From: a virus
Taxonomy: Duplodnaviria > Heunggongvirae > Uroviricota > Caudoviricetes
IMG/VR virus record: IMGVR_UViG_3300034095_001584
Direction: 5' to 3' (one strand)
DNA: 64,000 nucleotides
Under the pieces are notes generated by a model. The model saw nothing but the letters and a program-made list of their open reading frames with translations. It searched no databases and was not told the origin of the DNA. Made by a program: the position numbers and the translations under genes. Shown here piece by piece: positions 38,214 through 47,507 of this stretch (position 1 is the first letter of the stretch; each line of letters begins with the position of its first letter).

Positions 38214-38924
38214 ATGATAAAACAATCTGACATTATAATATTATGTTCAACTAGAAATGAAAAAGTTTTAGATTTTCAAGTTCAAATGATTGATTCTTTT
38301 GTAGAAAATACTCCAGAAGAATGTAAATTGTTAATCATTGAAAATACATCTACACCAGATACACATAATATTTGGAAGGATTATGTAATTTCTAAAAAAC
38401 AAAATTTTATATTTTCTAATAGTGGATTTAATATCAATAAATTATATAATGAAGGTAAAAGTCTAACCAATAATGAATATATCATGTATGCTAATAGTGA
38501 TATCATATTTTATCCGGATTGGTATTATAATTTATTAAATTGGTTTGATAAAATTGATAATTTGTTTGTTATTTCACCGTTTACAAAATCTTTTGATTGG
38601 GATCAAAATCCAAGTGGCGCATATCGAACTGATACAACATTGATTAATCAATTTTATGATACAATTCATATGCCAGGTTGGTTTTATTGCTTTCAAAGAA
38701 AAACTAACTATATTTGGGATGAGAGATTTAAAGCTCATTATCAAGATAATGATTTTGTATTTACAATAGACAAGATGAGGAAGGAAAATTTAATATTAAA
38801 AAGTGGTATAGCCTATAATAGTCGAGTGGATCATATGGGTGGTAAAACAGCAATGAACGTTAGTCAAGACTATTTTAATCCAGAAGGAAAAGAGTTTATG
38901 ATTCAAAAATGGGGTAGAAGTTAA
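38214..38924 (+). CDS. GT2-like glycosyltransferase
   Basis: LIIEN, INKLYNEG, YANSDII, YQDND. Confidence 0.75.
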   Translation: MIKQSDIIILCSTRNEKVLDFQVQMIDSFVENTPEECKLLIIENTSTPDTHNIWKDYVISKKQNFIFSNSGFNINKLYNEGKSLTNNEYIMYANSDIIFYPDWYYNLLNWFDKIDNLFVISPFTKSFDWDQNPSGAYRTDTTLINQFYDTIHMPGWFYCFQRKTNYIWDERFKAHYQDNDFVFTIDKMRKENLILKSGIAYNSRVDHMGGKTAMNVSQDYFNPEGKEFMIQKWGRS

Positions 38925-38928
38925 TAAA

Positions 38929-39615
38929 ATGAATGTATTACCAAAAATATTTTGTTTAACATTAAAAGATACTCCTAAAAGACGAGAGTATGCGGAACAA
39001 CATTTCAAACAACATCAATTAGATGTTGAATTTTTTGATGGTATTAATGGTGCAAAATTTGGATTAAGAACTGTAATACCATATAAAGATGATAATCCAG
39101 ACGGACCTGACTATTTTATAAAGCAAGGTAGAATTGGATGTTTACTGTCTCATTATATGTTATGGCAAACACTATGGCATTTACCGTATGAAGAAATTCT
39201 TATATTAGAAGATGATGCATTTTTATGTGAAAATTTTCAAGAGAGATTTTTAGAATTTAAAAAACAACTTCCTGATGATTGGCAATATGTTTTTGTTGGA
39301 CATTGTTGTTTACCACCAGAAGATTATCAAATAAAATTAACTGATAATATAATTACTACTACACATGCTCCTATGTGTACACACGCATATATGATTAAAA
39401 AATCAAGTATACCAGTTTTACTTGACACTAATCATCAAGCTTGGGCAGCAGTTGATATACAGATACAAAAGAAAACGTTAAAGATACTTAAACATTATGT
39501 GTTTTTACCTGTTTTGATTGATCAAGTAAGTTTACTAAAACAAAGACAGCCAAATAAATCAATTGATTTTGAAAATGTGTTTGATTCACTTACATTAGAT
39601 TCAAATTATATATGA
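38929..39615 (+). CDS. GT25 glycosyltransferase
   Basis: CLTLKDTPKRR, FFDGING, GCLLSH, ILEDDA, THAYMI. Confidence 0.9.
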   Translation: MNVLPKIFCLTLKDTPKRREYAEQHFKQHQLDVEFFDGINGAKFGLRTVIPYKDDNPDGPDYFIKQGRIGCLLSHYMLWQTLWHLPYEEILILEDDAFLCENFQERFLEFKKQLPDDWQYVFVGHCCLPPEDYQIKLTDNIITTTHAPMCTHAYMIKKSSIPVLLDTNHQAWAAVDIQIQKKTLKILKHYVFLPVLIDQVSLLKQRQPNKSIDFENVFDSLTLDSNYI

Positions 39616-40259
39616 TACCTAAATTTATACATCACATATGGATTGGTACAAATCCGTTTCCTTCAGTTTATATTGATTATTTAAATAGATGGAAATCTTT
39701 ATATCCAGATTACAATTTTGTTTTTTGGAATAATCAATTGGTTGAATCAACCAATATTGTGTCTGATGATATTAAAAAATATTACTATAGTGATTGTAAC
39801 ATTGCGTTAAAAACAGATTTACTGAGGTTTAAAATATTAGAAAAATTTGGTGGAATATATGTAGATGCTGATACAGAACCTTTGAAAAGAATGCCAGACA
39901 ACGTACTAAATTATAATTTTTTCTCTGGTTATCAACCTAATAATGAAATTGCAATAGGTATTATGGGATCTAGATCTCAAGAATCACTTGTTAGTTTTTA
40001 TATTGACTCTGTATTAGAAAATATTACTAAATTTACTTATAATGGTAAAGTAAGTAATGAAATTTGGAAAATAAGTGGACCAGAGTTTTTTACACAATTT
40101 TTAAATCCATATTTGAATAATCCAACATATAAATTTTTTGAAGTTAAGTATTTCTATCCATATGCTTGGTATGAAATGGAAAGAAAAGAAGAAAATTTTA
40201 GTATAACTTCACCTGAATCATATTCAGTACATCATTGGGCAAAAAGCTGGATATCATGA
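39612..40259 (+). CDS. GT32 (OCH1-like) glycosyltransferase
   Basis: IPKFIHHIW, KTDLLRF..L..FGGIYVDAD, SGP, HHWAKSW. Confidence 0.92.
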   Translation: MIPKFIHHIWIGTNPFPSVYIDYLNRWKSLYPDYNFVFWNNQLVESTNIVSDDIKKYYYSDCNIALKTDLLRFKILEKFGGIYVDADTEPLKRMPDNVLNYNFFSGYQPNNEIAIGIMGSRSQESLVSFYIDSVLENITKFTYNGKVSNEIWKISGPEFFTQFLNPYLNNPTYKFFEVKYFYPYAWYEMERKEENFSITSPESYSVHHWAKSWIS

Positions 40260-40903
40260 ATACCAAATCTAGATTTAATGTATTTTTTGAAAAAGTATAT
40301 GTTATAACATGTGATTCATTTAATGAAAGACATGAATATATTAATAATCATTTTTATAAAAATAACGTTAAGTTTGATTTTTTTGTATCTGTTGATCCCA
40401 AATTATTAAGTGCAGATGTCATTAGCAGTACAGAAAAAAGTTTGTCAATGTCTCATTTAAATTGTGTGATTAATGCAAAATTAAATGGTTATAAATCCAT
40501 TATGATATGTGAAGATGATATAAATTTTGTCAATGATATAGAGGAAAATTTTAATAATTTCATTAAAAACATACCTTTAGATTGGAATTTTTTACAAATA
40601 GGCAATCAAATATGGGCAGAAAAATGGTTGAGAAGAAAATACATTGCGGAAAATTTATATAAATTTGAATGGGGAACCGGCTCTCATTGTATTGGTATTA
40701 ATTCAAATTCATATGACGTACTAATAAATAATTTTAAAAAATTAGATGCGCCTGTGGATTTTATGTATTACAAATTATATTCAGAATTAAACTGTTATTG
40801 TCCAGAGAAATTTTTAGCTGATGCATTATCTAAAAATGATCATATAAATCATTATGACACAAAATATATATTTGATAGTACTATAGTTCATAAAAACGTA
40901 TGA
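40256..40903 (+). CDS. GT25 glycosyltransferase
   Basis: YVIT...ERHEY, SLSMSH, ICEDDI, PVD. Confidence 0.82.
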   Translation: MNTKSRFNVFFEKVYVITCDSFNERHEYINNHFYKNNVKFDFFVSVDPKLLSADVISSTEKSLSMSHLNCVINAKLNGYKSIMICEDDINFVNDIEENFNNFIKNIPLDWNFLQIGNQIWAEKWLRRKYIAENLYKFEWGTGSHCIGINSNSYDVLINNFKKLDAPVDFMYYKLYSELNCYCPEKFLADALSKNDHINHYDTKYIFDSTIVHKNV

Positions 40904-41475
40904 TATGTCATGAATATAAGTGTATATTTATACATGTTCCTAAAGCCGCAGGCACATCAATTATTACTGCTTTTAATAAAAAATGGGATAAAAATGACAA
41001 TGATATGTTGTTTTTATTAGGTGGCAATTGTACGGAAAATGTAAATGAGTGGGATATATACAAAAATAGATACAGTGACTATATAAAATTTACATCAGTT
41101 AGAAATCCGTGGGATAGATTTATATCAGGATGGAAGTATTGTAATAGTACAAAAAATAAACCTTTAATTGATGTATTAAATGATTTGCCAAAACGTGAAA
41201 ATAATCCACATGATCATGATCATCTAACAAGATTACAAACTGATATTATCTACAATAATAAAAATGAATTACTGGTTGATTTTATAATAAGATATGAAAA
41301 TTTACAAGGTGATTTTGATAATTTGTGTGATTTAATAAAAAAACCAAAAACAAAACTTCCGTTATTAAATACAACTGAACACAATCACTATAAAGAATAT
41401 TTTGATGAAAATTCAAATTATATATTCAGTCATATATATAAAAAAGATATTGTTAATTTAAATTATATATTTTAA
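40900..41475 (+). CDS. sulfotransferase family 2
   Basis: FIHVPKAAGTSI (5'-PSB), VRNPWDRFISGW (3'-PB), RYENL, YKKD...LNY. Confidence 0.9.
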   Translation: MICHEYKCIFIHVPKAAGTSIITAFNKKWDKNDNDMLFLLGGNCTENVNEWDIYKNRYSDYIKFTSVRNPWDRFISGWKYCNSTKNKPLIDVLNDLPKRENNPHDHDHLTRLQTDIIYNNKNELLVDFIIRYENLQGDFDNLCDLIKKPKTKLPLLNTTEHNHYKEYFDENSNYIFSHIYKKDIVNLNYIF

Positions 41476-41509
41476 TTATATATATGATGGTATTAGTTCA
41501 CAAAAATAT

Positions 41510-42118
41510 ATGAATATTGAGTTTTATTCTTATGCACATATAACATTATCTGATGAGATACTTAAATATCAATCTTTAGTTTTTAATAAATTTGGATATA
41601 AAATAAATCAAGTTGTAAATGACAAAAGACATTATGAAAATATAGAAAATTTCATTAAAACAAAAAACGTAGATTGTATTGTTATACTTGATATTGACTG
41701 TATACCTCTTACTAAACATTTATTAACTTATATTCAAGAAGATTTGATTGACAATGATTTGGTTGGAGTTATTGGATGTGCAAATCATTTAAATAAAAAT
41801 GATGTATATGTACATCCATCATTTATGTTTTTTAGACCACAATTATATTTTGATTGTGGATGTCCATTTTTACATGAAGATCATAATAATGATGTTGCTC
41901 AAAATTTCACAAGATCTTGTATTAAAAATAATAAAAAAATAAAATATTGGCCAAATACATATTCAAATGATTATATATGGGACTTACCAAATAATACTAA
42001 ATTTGGACATGGAACTGTATATGAACAAAAAGTTTATCATCAATTTGAAATTAGAAAACAAGAACAACATGATAGTTTTATTAAAAAATGTCAAGATATA
42101 TTAAATTATGAATTATAA
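41510..42118 (+). CDS. GT-A-like protein (paralogue 1)
   Basis: ILDIDCIPL DxD motif, HPSFM, YHQF. Confidence 0.6.
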   Translation: MNIEFYSYAHITLSDEILKYQSLVFNKFGYKINQVVNDKRHYENIENFIKTKNVDCIVILDIDCIPLTKHLLTYIQEDLIDNDLVGVIGCANHLNKNDVYVHPSFMFFRPQLYFDCGCPFLHEDHNNDVAQNFTRSCIKNNKKIKYWPNTYSNDYIWDLPNNTKFGHGTVYEQKVYHQFEIRKQEQHDSFIKKCQDILNYEL

Positions 42119-42725
42119 GATTTATTCATTTTCAAATGATGACTTACATGATGATATAAAAATTTATCAAAAAAAAGTATTTGATAAATTTAATATAGAG
42201 ATCAACCAAATTGTATGGAAAAAAGACGTTATAAAATATGGATCTTTAATTCTAAATGATGGTAGTATATATTCTAATAATCATCCTCATTTTTTAGATT
42301 ACATAATACATAATGATAAATCTGATTATTTAATTTTTTTTGATGTGGATTGTATACCTTTATCACCATTATTTTTGGATAAGTTATTAAATGAAATATC
42401 AGACAAAAATACACTAAGTGGAGCAATTCAGAGTAATATATTTGGGACGTATGTTTCAGCATGGTTTGTTGGTTTTTATAGAAATTTATACTTTGAATGT
42501 GGATCACCACCAATAACAGATAAAGATACAGATCCATTTTTAAAATTTACTAAATCATGTATTGAAAATAACAAAAGAATAAATTATTGGATGCCAAGTC
42601 ATGTTGAACGACCTCCATTTGGTACAACGTATGACAATTTGATTTATCATGAAATGCAAATCAGGAATCAATCTAATAAAGATTATTTTATAAAAAAATG
42701 TAAAAAAATATTGGGTGAATTATGA
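42108..42725 (+). CDS. GT-A-like protein (paralogue 2)
   Basis: FFDVDCIPL; colinear similarity to 41510-42118. Confidence 0.6.
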   Translation: MNYKIYSFSNDDLHDDIKIYQKKVFDKFNIEINQIVWKKDVIKYGSLILNDGSIYSNNHPHFLDYIIHNDKSDYLIFFDVDCIPLSPLFLDKLLNEISDKNTLSGAIQSNIFGTYVSAWFVGFYRNLYFECGSPPITDKDTDPFLKFTKSCIENNKRINYWMPSHVERPPFGTTYDNLIYHEMQIRNQSNKDYFIKKCKKILGEL

Positions 42726-43498
42726 AAATATTAGTTTCAATTACTTCTTATCATAAAGATAAAGAAAAATATCTATCTGAAATATTAAAGTGTTATGAAA
42801 ATATATCAAATGACTTAAATTATACAATTGATGTAGTCTTATCAATAAACTATGACCATACATATGTAACAACAAATAAATTAATTATTAACAAAAGTGA
42901 ATATGAAGGAGAAAGTCATTGTTGGGCTAATAGAAAATATATTTATGAAAATTATTCAAGTTATGATTATGTTATAGAATCTGATGATGATATTTTAATT
43001 ACTCAAGAAAATATACTACAATATATAAAATATCAACATATTGATAACAATTTTATTCCTGGATTTGTTGTAACTGAAGATGATAATGAGAAAAATACAT
43101 ACATACACAGTATGTTATTCAATAAACCAGTTCATATTTTAAATAAATTTGTATTAGAAAATAAGACTTGGTATGTTCCTAGAAATATACATTCAGCATG
43201 TTTTATCATAGATAGAAACAGATTGAAAAATTTTTTTAATAATAATCCTAACGCTCTTTTTGTCAAATCAGTAGGTGTATATGATGTACAATGTACCGCT
43301 AGAAGTGAAATTTATACGTTTTATACTAAAATTATAAATTTAGATGATATCTATCTTCATTTAGTTAAACATTTACCAAATAAGTATTTATACGCAAATA
43401 TCTTTCCTGTAGACCAGTATAGAACCGTTGATTTTTGGAAAGAATATATAAGTAATATTTATAGGCCTATAAAAGAAAATGATTTGGTTCTACAATAA
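42722..43498 (+). CDS. GT-A-like protein
   Basis: YDYVIESDDDILI, PGFVVTE, NIHSACFI. Confidence 0.55.
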   Translation: MKILVSITSYHKDKEKYLSEILKCYENISNDLNYTIDVVLSINYDHTYVTTNKLIINKSEYEGESHCWANRKYIYENYSSYDYVIESDDDILITQENILQYIKYQHIDNNFIPGFVVTEDDNEKNTYIHSMLFNKPVHILNKFVLENKTWYVPRNIHSACFIIDRNRLKNFFNNNPNALFVKSVGVYDVQCTARSEIYTFYTKIINLDDIYLHLVKHLPNKYLYANIFPVDQYRTVDFWKEYISNIYRPIKENDLVLQ

Positions 43499-44063
43499 AG
43501 TATCCTTGATGTCTTAGATCTTTTTGTATTATATGAGTATGGTTGAAAGTATCAAAAACAAAATTTATATTTTGTCCACCAAGAGTTACTCTGTCTTTCC
43601 AATTACCATCTGTGTAATTATCATCTTCATATATTCTTAAATCATCAATTATAAACACAGAACTTGCAAAAAACTTGTACTCACTGAATATTACCTCAAG
43701 TTCTTTTTGCAATGGTAATCTTGTATCCATGTTTTTTTCGGTTGAATAATCTGCATAACCAAAATCAGCACCAGGAAAATGAGCATCTAAAAAAAATAGA
43801 CTACTATCATTTACGTTTTTCAAGATATTTTTTAGAACTTCATATGAATTGCCATGGTGAAGTTCACATTTACTGTCATCTTTAAATTTTTCTTTAGCTA
43901 TTTTATAGATTTCATCATGTATTTCGATTGAGATACATTTTTCAAAATTGAAATTTCTACAAAAGTCTAAACATCCTCCCATTCCAGTACCAGTTTCAAT
44001 ATAATATTTTAATTTATATTTGTCAATGTAATGTTTGATGTCGTGATTAAAAATTGCACCCAT
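43467..44063 (-). CDS. class I SAM methyltransferase-like protein
   Basis: YIETGTGMG, SIEI, GNS, FFLDAH, IIDDLR. Confidence 0.75.
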   Translation of the reverse strand: MGAIFNHDIKHYIDKYKLKYYIETGTGMGGCLDFCRNFNFEKCISIEIHDEIYKIAKEKFKDDSKCELHHGNSYEVLKNILKNVNDSSLFFLDAHFPGADFGYADYSTEKNMDTRLPLQKELEVIFSEYKFFASSVFIIDDLRIYEDDNYTDGNWKDRVTLGGQNINFVFDTFNHTHIIQKDLRHQGYFIVEPNHFLL

Positions 44064-44081
44064 ATTATTTTTGTTATTTAA

Positions 44082-44570
44082 TTATTTTTCACCGAAAATC
44101 ATAAAAGAATCGTTTAAATCTTTTTCACTTCTAAATATATTTTTATAACCTTTGTCTTTCATATAATCATTTATAATTTCTGGAGTAAAGATATGTAAAT
44201 GTTTTCTATTGTTCCAAGGTTTCCAATATTCTTGAGAATAATGTGGAAGATATAAGAATAATATTCCTTCATTTTCTAGTTTATCATACCAATAATTCAT
44301 CACTTCTACCCAATTTGGTATGTGTTCTAAACAATGAGACGAAAATATATAATTTATCTTTATATCAGGAAGATTTAAAGCAGAATACCCATCATTAAAT
44401 TGTAAATCTATTGGAATAGAATTAGGAAATGACCATTCTTTTCTATTACATCCAATATCAACTCCTACACCATTACATACCATTTGTGCATATGGTATAG
44501 CAAATTTAGCCGCATTTCCTTGACTTTGAAATTTTGGATATGTTTTATTTTTAAATTGTATTAATTCCAT
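44082..44570 (-). CDS. class I SAM methyltransferase (Methyltransf_11-like)
   Basis: GVDIGC, YIFSSHCLEH, GILFLYLP. Confidence 0.82.
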   Translation of the reverse strand: MELIQFKNKTYPKFQSQGNAAKFAIPYAQMVCNGVGVDIGCNRKEWSFPNSIPIDLQFNDGYSALNLPDIKINYIFSSHCLEHIPNWVEVMNYWYDKLENEGILFLYLPHYSQEYWKPWNNRKHLHIFTPEIINDYMKDKGYKNIFRSEKDLNDSFMIFGEK

Positions 44571-44579
44571 ATATAAAAA

Positions 44580-45308
44580 TTAATAGTTGATCATTTTCCA
44601 AGGTTTATTTAATATTGGATTTAAATATGGTGAATCTAAAAGTGGTGTTCTAGTTCCATGCATAAAAAAATCATTTGTTTTGAAATTTAATTTATCAGCA
44701 AAATTATAAATTCCACTAGCCACAACATGAATTTCTTTGGCATTTTCTATTGTATGTTTATATAAGAACACATTTTGTACATAATGTGGTTCAAATATAG
44801 GTAAGTTTTTATTAATTATATACGATCTATCAATTTTTGGATGTATTCCTTCATGAAGAAAAATATATTCCTCTGGAAGATTCAATGATTTATGAAATCT
44901 TTCTGATTCATCATCATCTATTGGTATGTAATATTCTTTGGTATCTCTATTCCAGTCAAATCCTGCACTTGAATACATAGCTCTGTTGTATGGTTGATTT
45001 AAGTTTTTGGTATCAATAACAAACTTATGTTCTACATATTTACCTAAACAACTGATCAAATCAATGCAGTCATAACCTCTTTCTTTATAATATGGTCCAG
45101 TAACATTTATATCAGGAAGTCCAGATTGACAATTATACTCCAATTGTACATTTTCGAGATCTTTGAACATATTAGGTAAAAATTCAGCTGAATATGAATT
45201 GTAGATTAATGCAACTCTTTCATATTTTTTAGATAATATTCTTACAATTGGATTTACCATTACCCAGTCACCAAGACCTTGAGGACAAAATATTATACAT
45301 TTTTTCAT
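44580..45308 (-). CDS. GT-B-like glycosyltransferase
   Basis: PQGLGDWVMVNP, YIFLH, IENAKEIH. Confidence 0.55.
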   Translation of the reverse strand: MKKCIIFCPQGLGDWVMVNPIVRILSKKYERVALIYNSYSAEFLPNMFKDLENVQLEYNCQSGLPDINVTGPYYKERGYDCIDLISCLGKYVEHKFVIDTKNLNQPYNRAMYSSAGFDWNRDTKEYYIPIDDDESERFHKSLNLPEEYIFLHEGIHPKIDRSYIINKNLPIFEPHYVQNVFLYKHTIENAKEIHVVASGIYNFADKLNFKTNDFFMHGTRTPLLDSPYLNPILNKPWKMINY

Positions 45309-45380
45309 AACTTCAATACATATACCTACTAGAATCAAAACTTTTTTTTTAAAACGTTATGTTTTCTAATATTTATAGGT

Positions 45381-45956
45381 ATGTTTAAACCTATAAAAGA
45401 AAATGATTTGGGTGATAGAATGTACACCGGCCAATCTTATATTCAAGGTGGCGGTGGTTCTGGAGTAGATACATTTAGTTCACCTGATGTATCACAAACA
45501 CCAAAAAGTTTTAGTTATGTTCCTAATATTGCTGGTAGTCAAAGTAACATAACTGCAGTTCCACCGGTGGATTATGACAATAAACCAATGGTAGATCCAG
45601 CACAATTTGATAAAGAAGTTGAAGAAATCAAAACAAAAGTAACTCCTGATGAAGTTATTGCCGGAATTCAATATGAATTGAAGAAAATGGTCTACAAAAG
45701 AAAAGATCTAGCTAAGATCTTGGTAGTAGCAAATCTTAAAAGAGATCCAAAATATTACAGCAAATTACATATGTTGAATATTGATGATGATGATATTGAA
45801 CCAGCTCAAGCTCCTTTTATTCCTACACAAAACCCATATCAAAGTGAACCAGTACTTCAATATCAAGATTATAGAACTGATGGTGAAAAAGCAATTGCTG
45901 AAATAATGAAAGAAATGGCTCAAAAGAAACATGAAAAAAGATATCCAAAACATTAA
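45381..45956 (+). CDS. putative virion/head protein with DUF5661-like motif
   Basis: GIQYELKKM...ANLKRDPKYYSKL. Confidence 0.6.
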   Translation: MFKPIKENDLGDRMYTGQSYIQGGGGSGVDTFSSPDVSQTPKSFSYVPNIAGSQSNITAVPPVDYDNKPMVDPAQFDKEVEEIKTKVTPDEVIAGIQYELKKMVYKRKDLAKILVVANLKRDPKYYSKLHMLNIDDDDIEPAQAPFIPTQNPYQSEPVLQYQDYRTDGEKAIAEIMKEMAQKKHEKRYPKH

Positions 45957-47487
45957 TGAAGAGCCAAATGACCCTCTTATTGGTGATCCAAGAATGAAGG
46001 GTAGAAGATGGCAAATTGATCCTTACTATGATGATCATGAAACATTTAGTAAGATACAAAAACCAATGAAAAAACAAAAACCTATGCCAGATAATAAATT
46101 TAAACGTATTAATGAATTCGATAAGTGGATTGATACTAAACACAATGATTGGGATGTCTCATATAGAGAGTTCTATGAAGATGTCATTGGTGAACAAGTA
46201 AACACATTAACTGGTGGTGTAGGTGATACAACAGCACCATCTAACGTAAATACCAAAGAATTAGCAATTGGTGTGCAAGTAGAAATGGAACACACAAATG
46301 ATCCAAAAATTGCAACTGAAATTGCAATGGACCATTTAACAGAAGATCCTGAATATTATACAAAATTAGTAAATGCTGGTTTAGCTACTGAATTTAAACC
46401 ATCTGCCAATTCAGGTTTAGGTGATCCTACTCAAAGTTTTAATGATAAAGCAAGAGTAGGTAATAATAGTGTTAATGGTGGTAACATGGGTGGTACTATT
46501 GGTAAAACATCAAATGGTCAAGTAAGTGGTAGAAAAAGTGACCCAATCATAGATAAAACCGTTGAAATTGATATTACTGAACCAACATATCAAGAGTTAA
46601 ATGAAGTAAGAAAAAAGAAGAAAAAGAGAGGAGCAAAACCAACCAATCCTAAATTATGGTCAAGAGCCAAATCAATGGCAAGATCAAAGTTTGATGTGTA
46701 TCCGTGTGTACCATTGGATAGTAAATCATTAACAAAAAACGGATGGAAATCATATGAAGAATTAAATAAAGGTGAATTAATTCTTACATATAATATAGAA
46801 AAGGATGAATTGGAATGGAAACCAATTATAAATCTTAATTTTTTTGAAAACGCAGAGTTGGTGAGAATGTATAAACCAACCGGATTTTCAATCAAATGTA
46901 CACCTAATCATAAATGGGTAGTTAGAAGAGGCAATGATTATTCCATTACTGAATTAATTGAAACTAAAGATTTGCCAAAAAGATCTAGGATCGTAATGTG
47001 TGCTGAATTAAAAACTGAAAATAAAATTTTATTAGAAGATTTTTCAAAATTTGACAATTGGACTGAAAATGTAATTAATATGAGTTCAGATCAAAGAAAA
47101 GCATTTTTAGCTGCATCAATAATATATGATGGTTGGGATAAAGGTACATCTTCTAAAATAGAAGGAAGACATACATTTGGGTTTGTACAGAAAAATTCAG
47201 ATCACTTAGATGCCGGATTACTTGCCGCTTATCTAAGTGGTTATTATGTTTCAGTAAATGATAGAGACTATATTACCGCTGCTAGTTTTATTAGAAATAA
47301 AAAGTTTCATTCCGTTCAAAACATTAAATTTGAAAAAGTTGAAAATGAAGATGTATGGTGTCCAACAACTGAAAATAATACTTGGGTTATGTATCAAAAT
47401 GGTTTGATAACAATAACTGGCAATTCAGCTTATGCTAATGCTTGGGCTGCTAAATGGTACAAGAAAAAAGGTGGCGGTTGGAGATAA
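45931..47487 (+). CDS. modular putative head protein (DUF5661-like plus PSAYAN micro-domain) interrupted by an intein
   Basis: GVQVEMEHTND...DHLTEDPEYYTKL; KPTNPKLWSRAKSMARSKFDVYP/SAYANAWAAKWYKKKGGGWR is split by the intein. Confidence 0.8.
   Translation: MKKDIQNINEEPNDPLIGDPRMKGRRWQIDPYYDDHETFSKIQKPMKKQKPMPDNKFKRINEFDKWIDTKHNDWDVSYREFYEDVIGEQVNTLTGGVGDTTAPSNVNTKELAIGVQVEMEHTNDPKIATEIAMDHLTEDPEYYTKLVNAGLATEFKPSANSGLGDPTQSFNDKARVGNNSVNGGNMGGTIGKTSNGQVSGRKSDPIIDKTVEIDITEPTYQELNEVRKKKKKRGAKPTNPKLWSRAKSMARSKFDVYPCVPLDSKSLTKNGWKSYEELNKGELILTYNIEKDELEWKPIINLNFFENAELVRMYKPTGFSIKCTPNHKWVVRRGNDYSITELIETKDLPKRSRIVMCAELKTENKILLEDFSKFDNWTENVINMSSDQRKAFLAASIIYDGWDKGTSSKIEGRHTFGFVQKNSDHLDAGLLAAYLSGYYVSVNDRDYITAASFIRNKKFHSVQNIKFEKVENEDVWCPTTENNTWVMYQNGLITITGNSAYANAWAAKWYKKKGGGWR
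46705..47424 (+). mobile_element. intein, 240 aa, with reduced LAGLIDADG-like remnant
   Basis: Block A CVPLDSKSLTKNG, block B KCTPNHKW, AFLAASIIYDG, block F DVWCPTTENNTWV, block G ITITGN followed by Ser +1. Confidence 0.92.
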
Positions 47488-47507
47488 TTTAATATTTATT
47501 ACATTAT

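Noticed and set aside
45342-45350. Poly-T tract as a phase-variation switch
   Set aside because: A run of nine T is unremarkable in so AT-rich a genome, and I could not place it in a promoter spacer.
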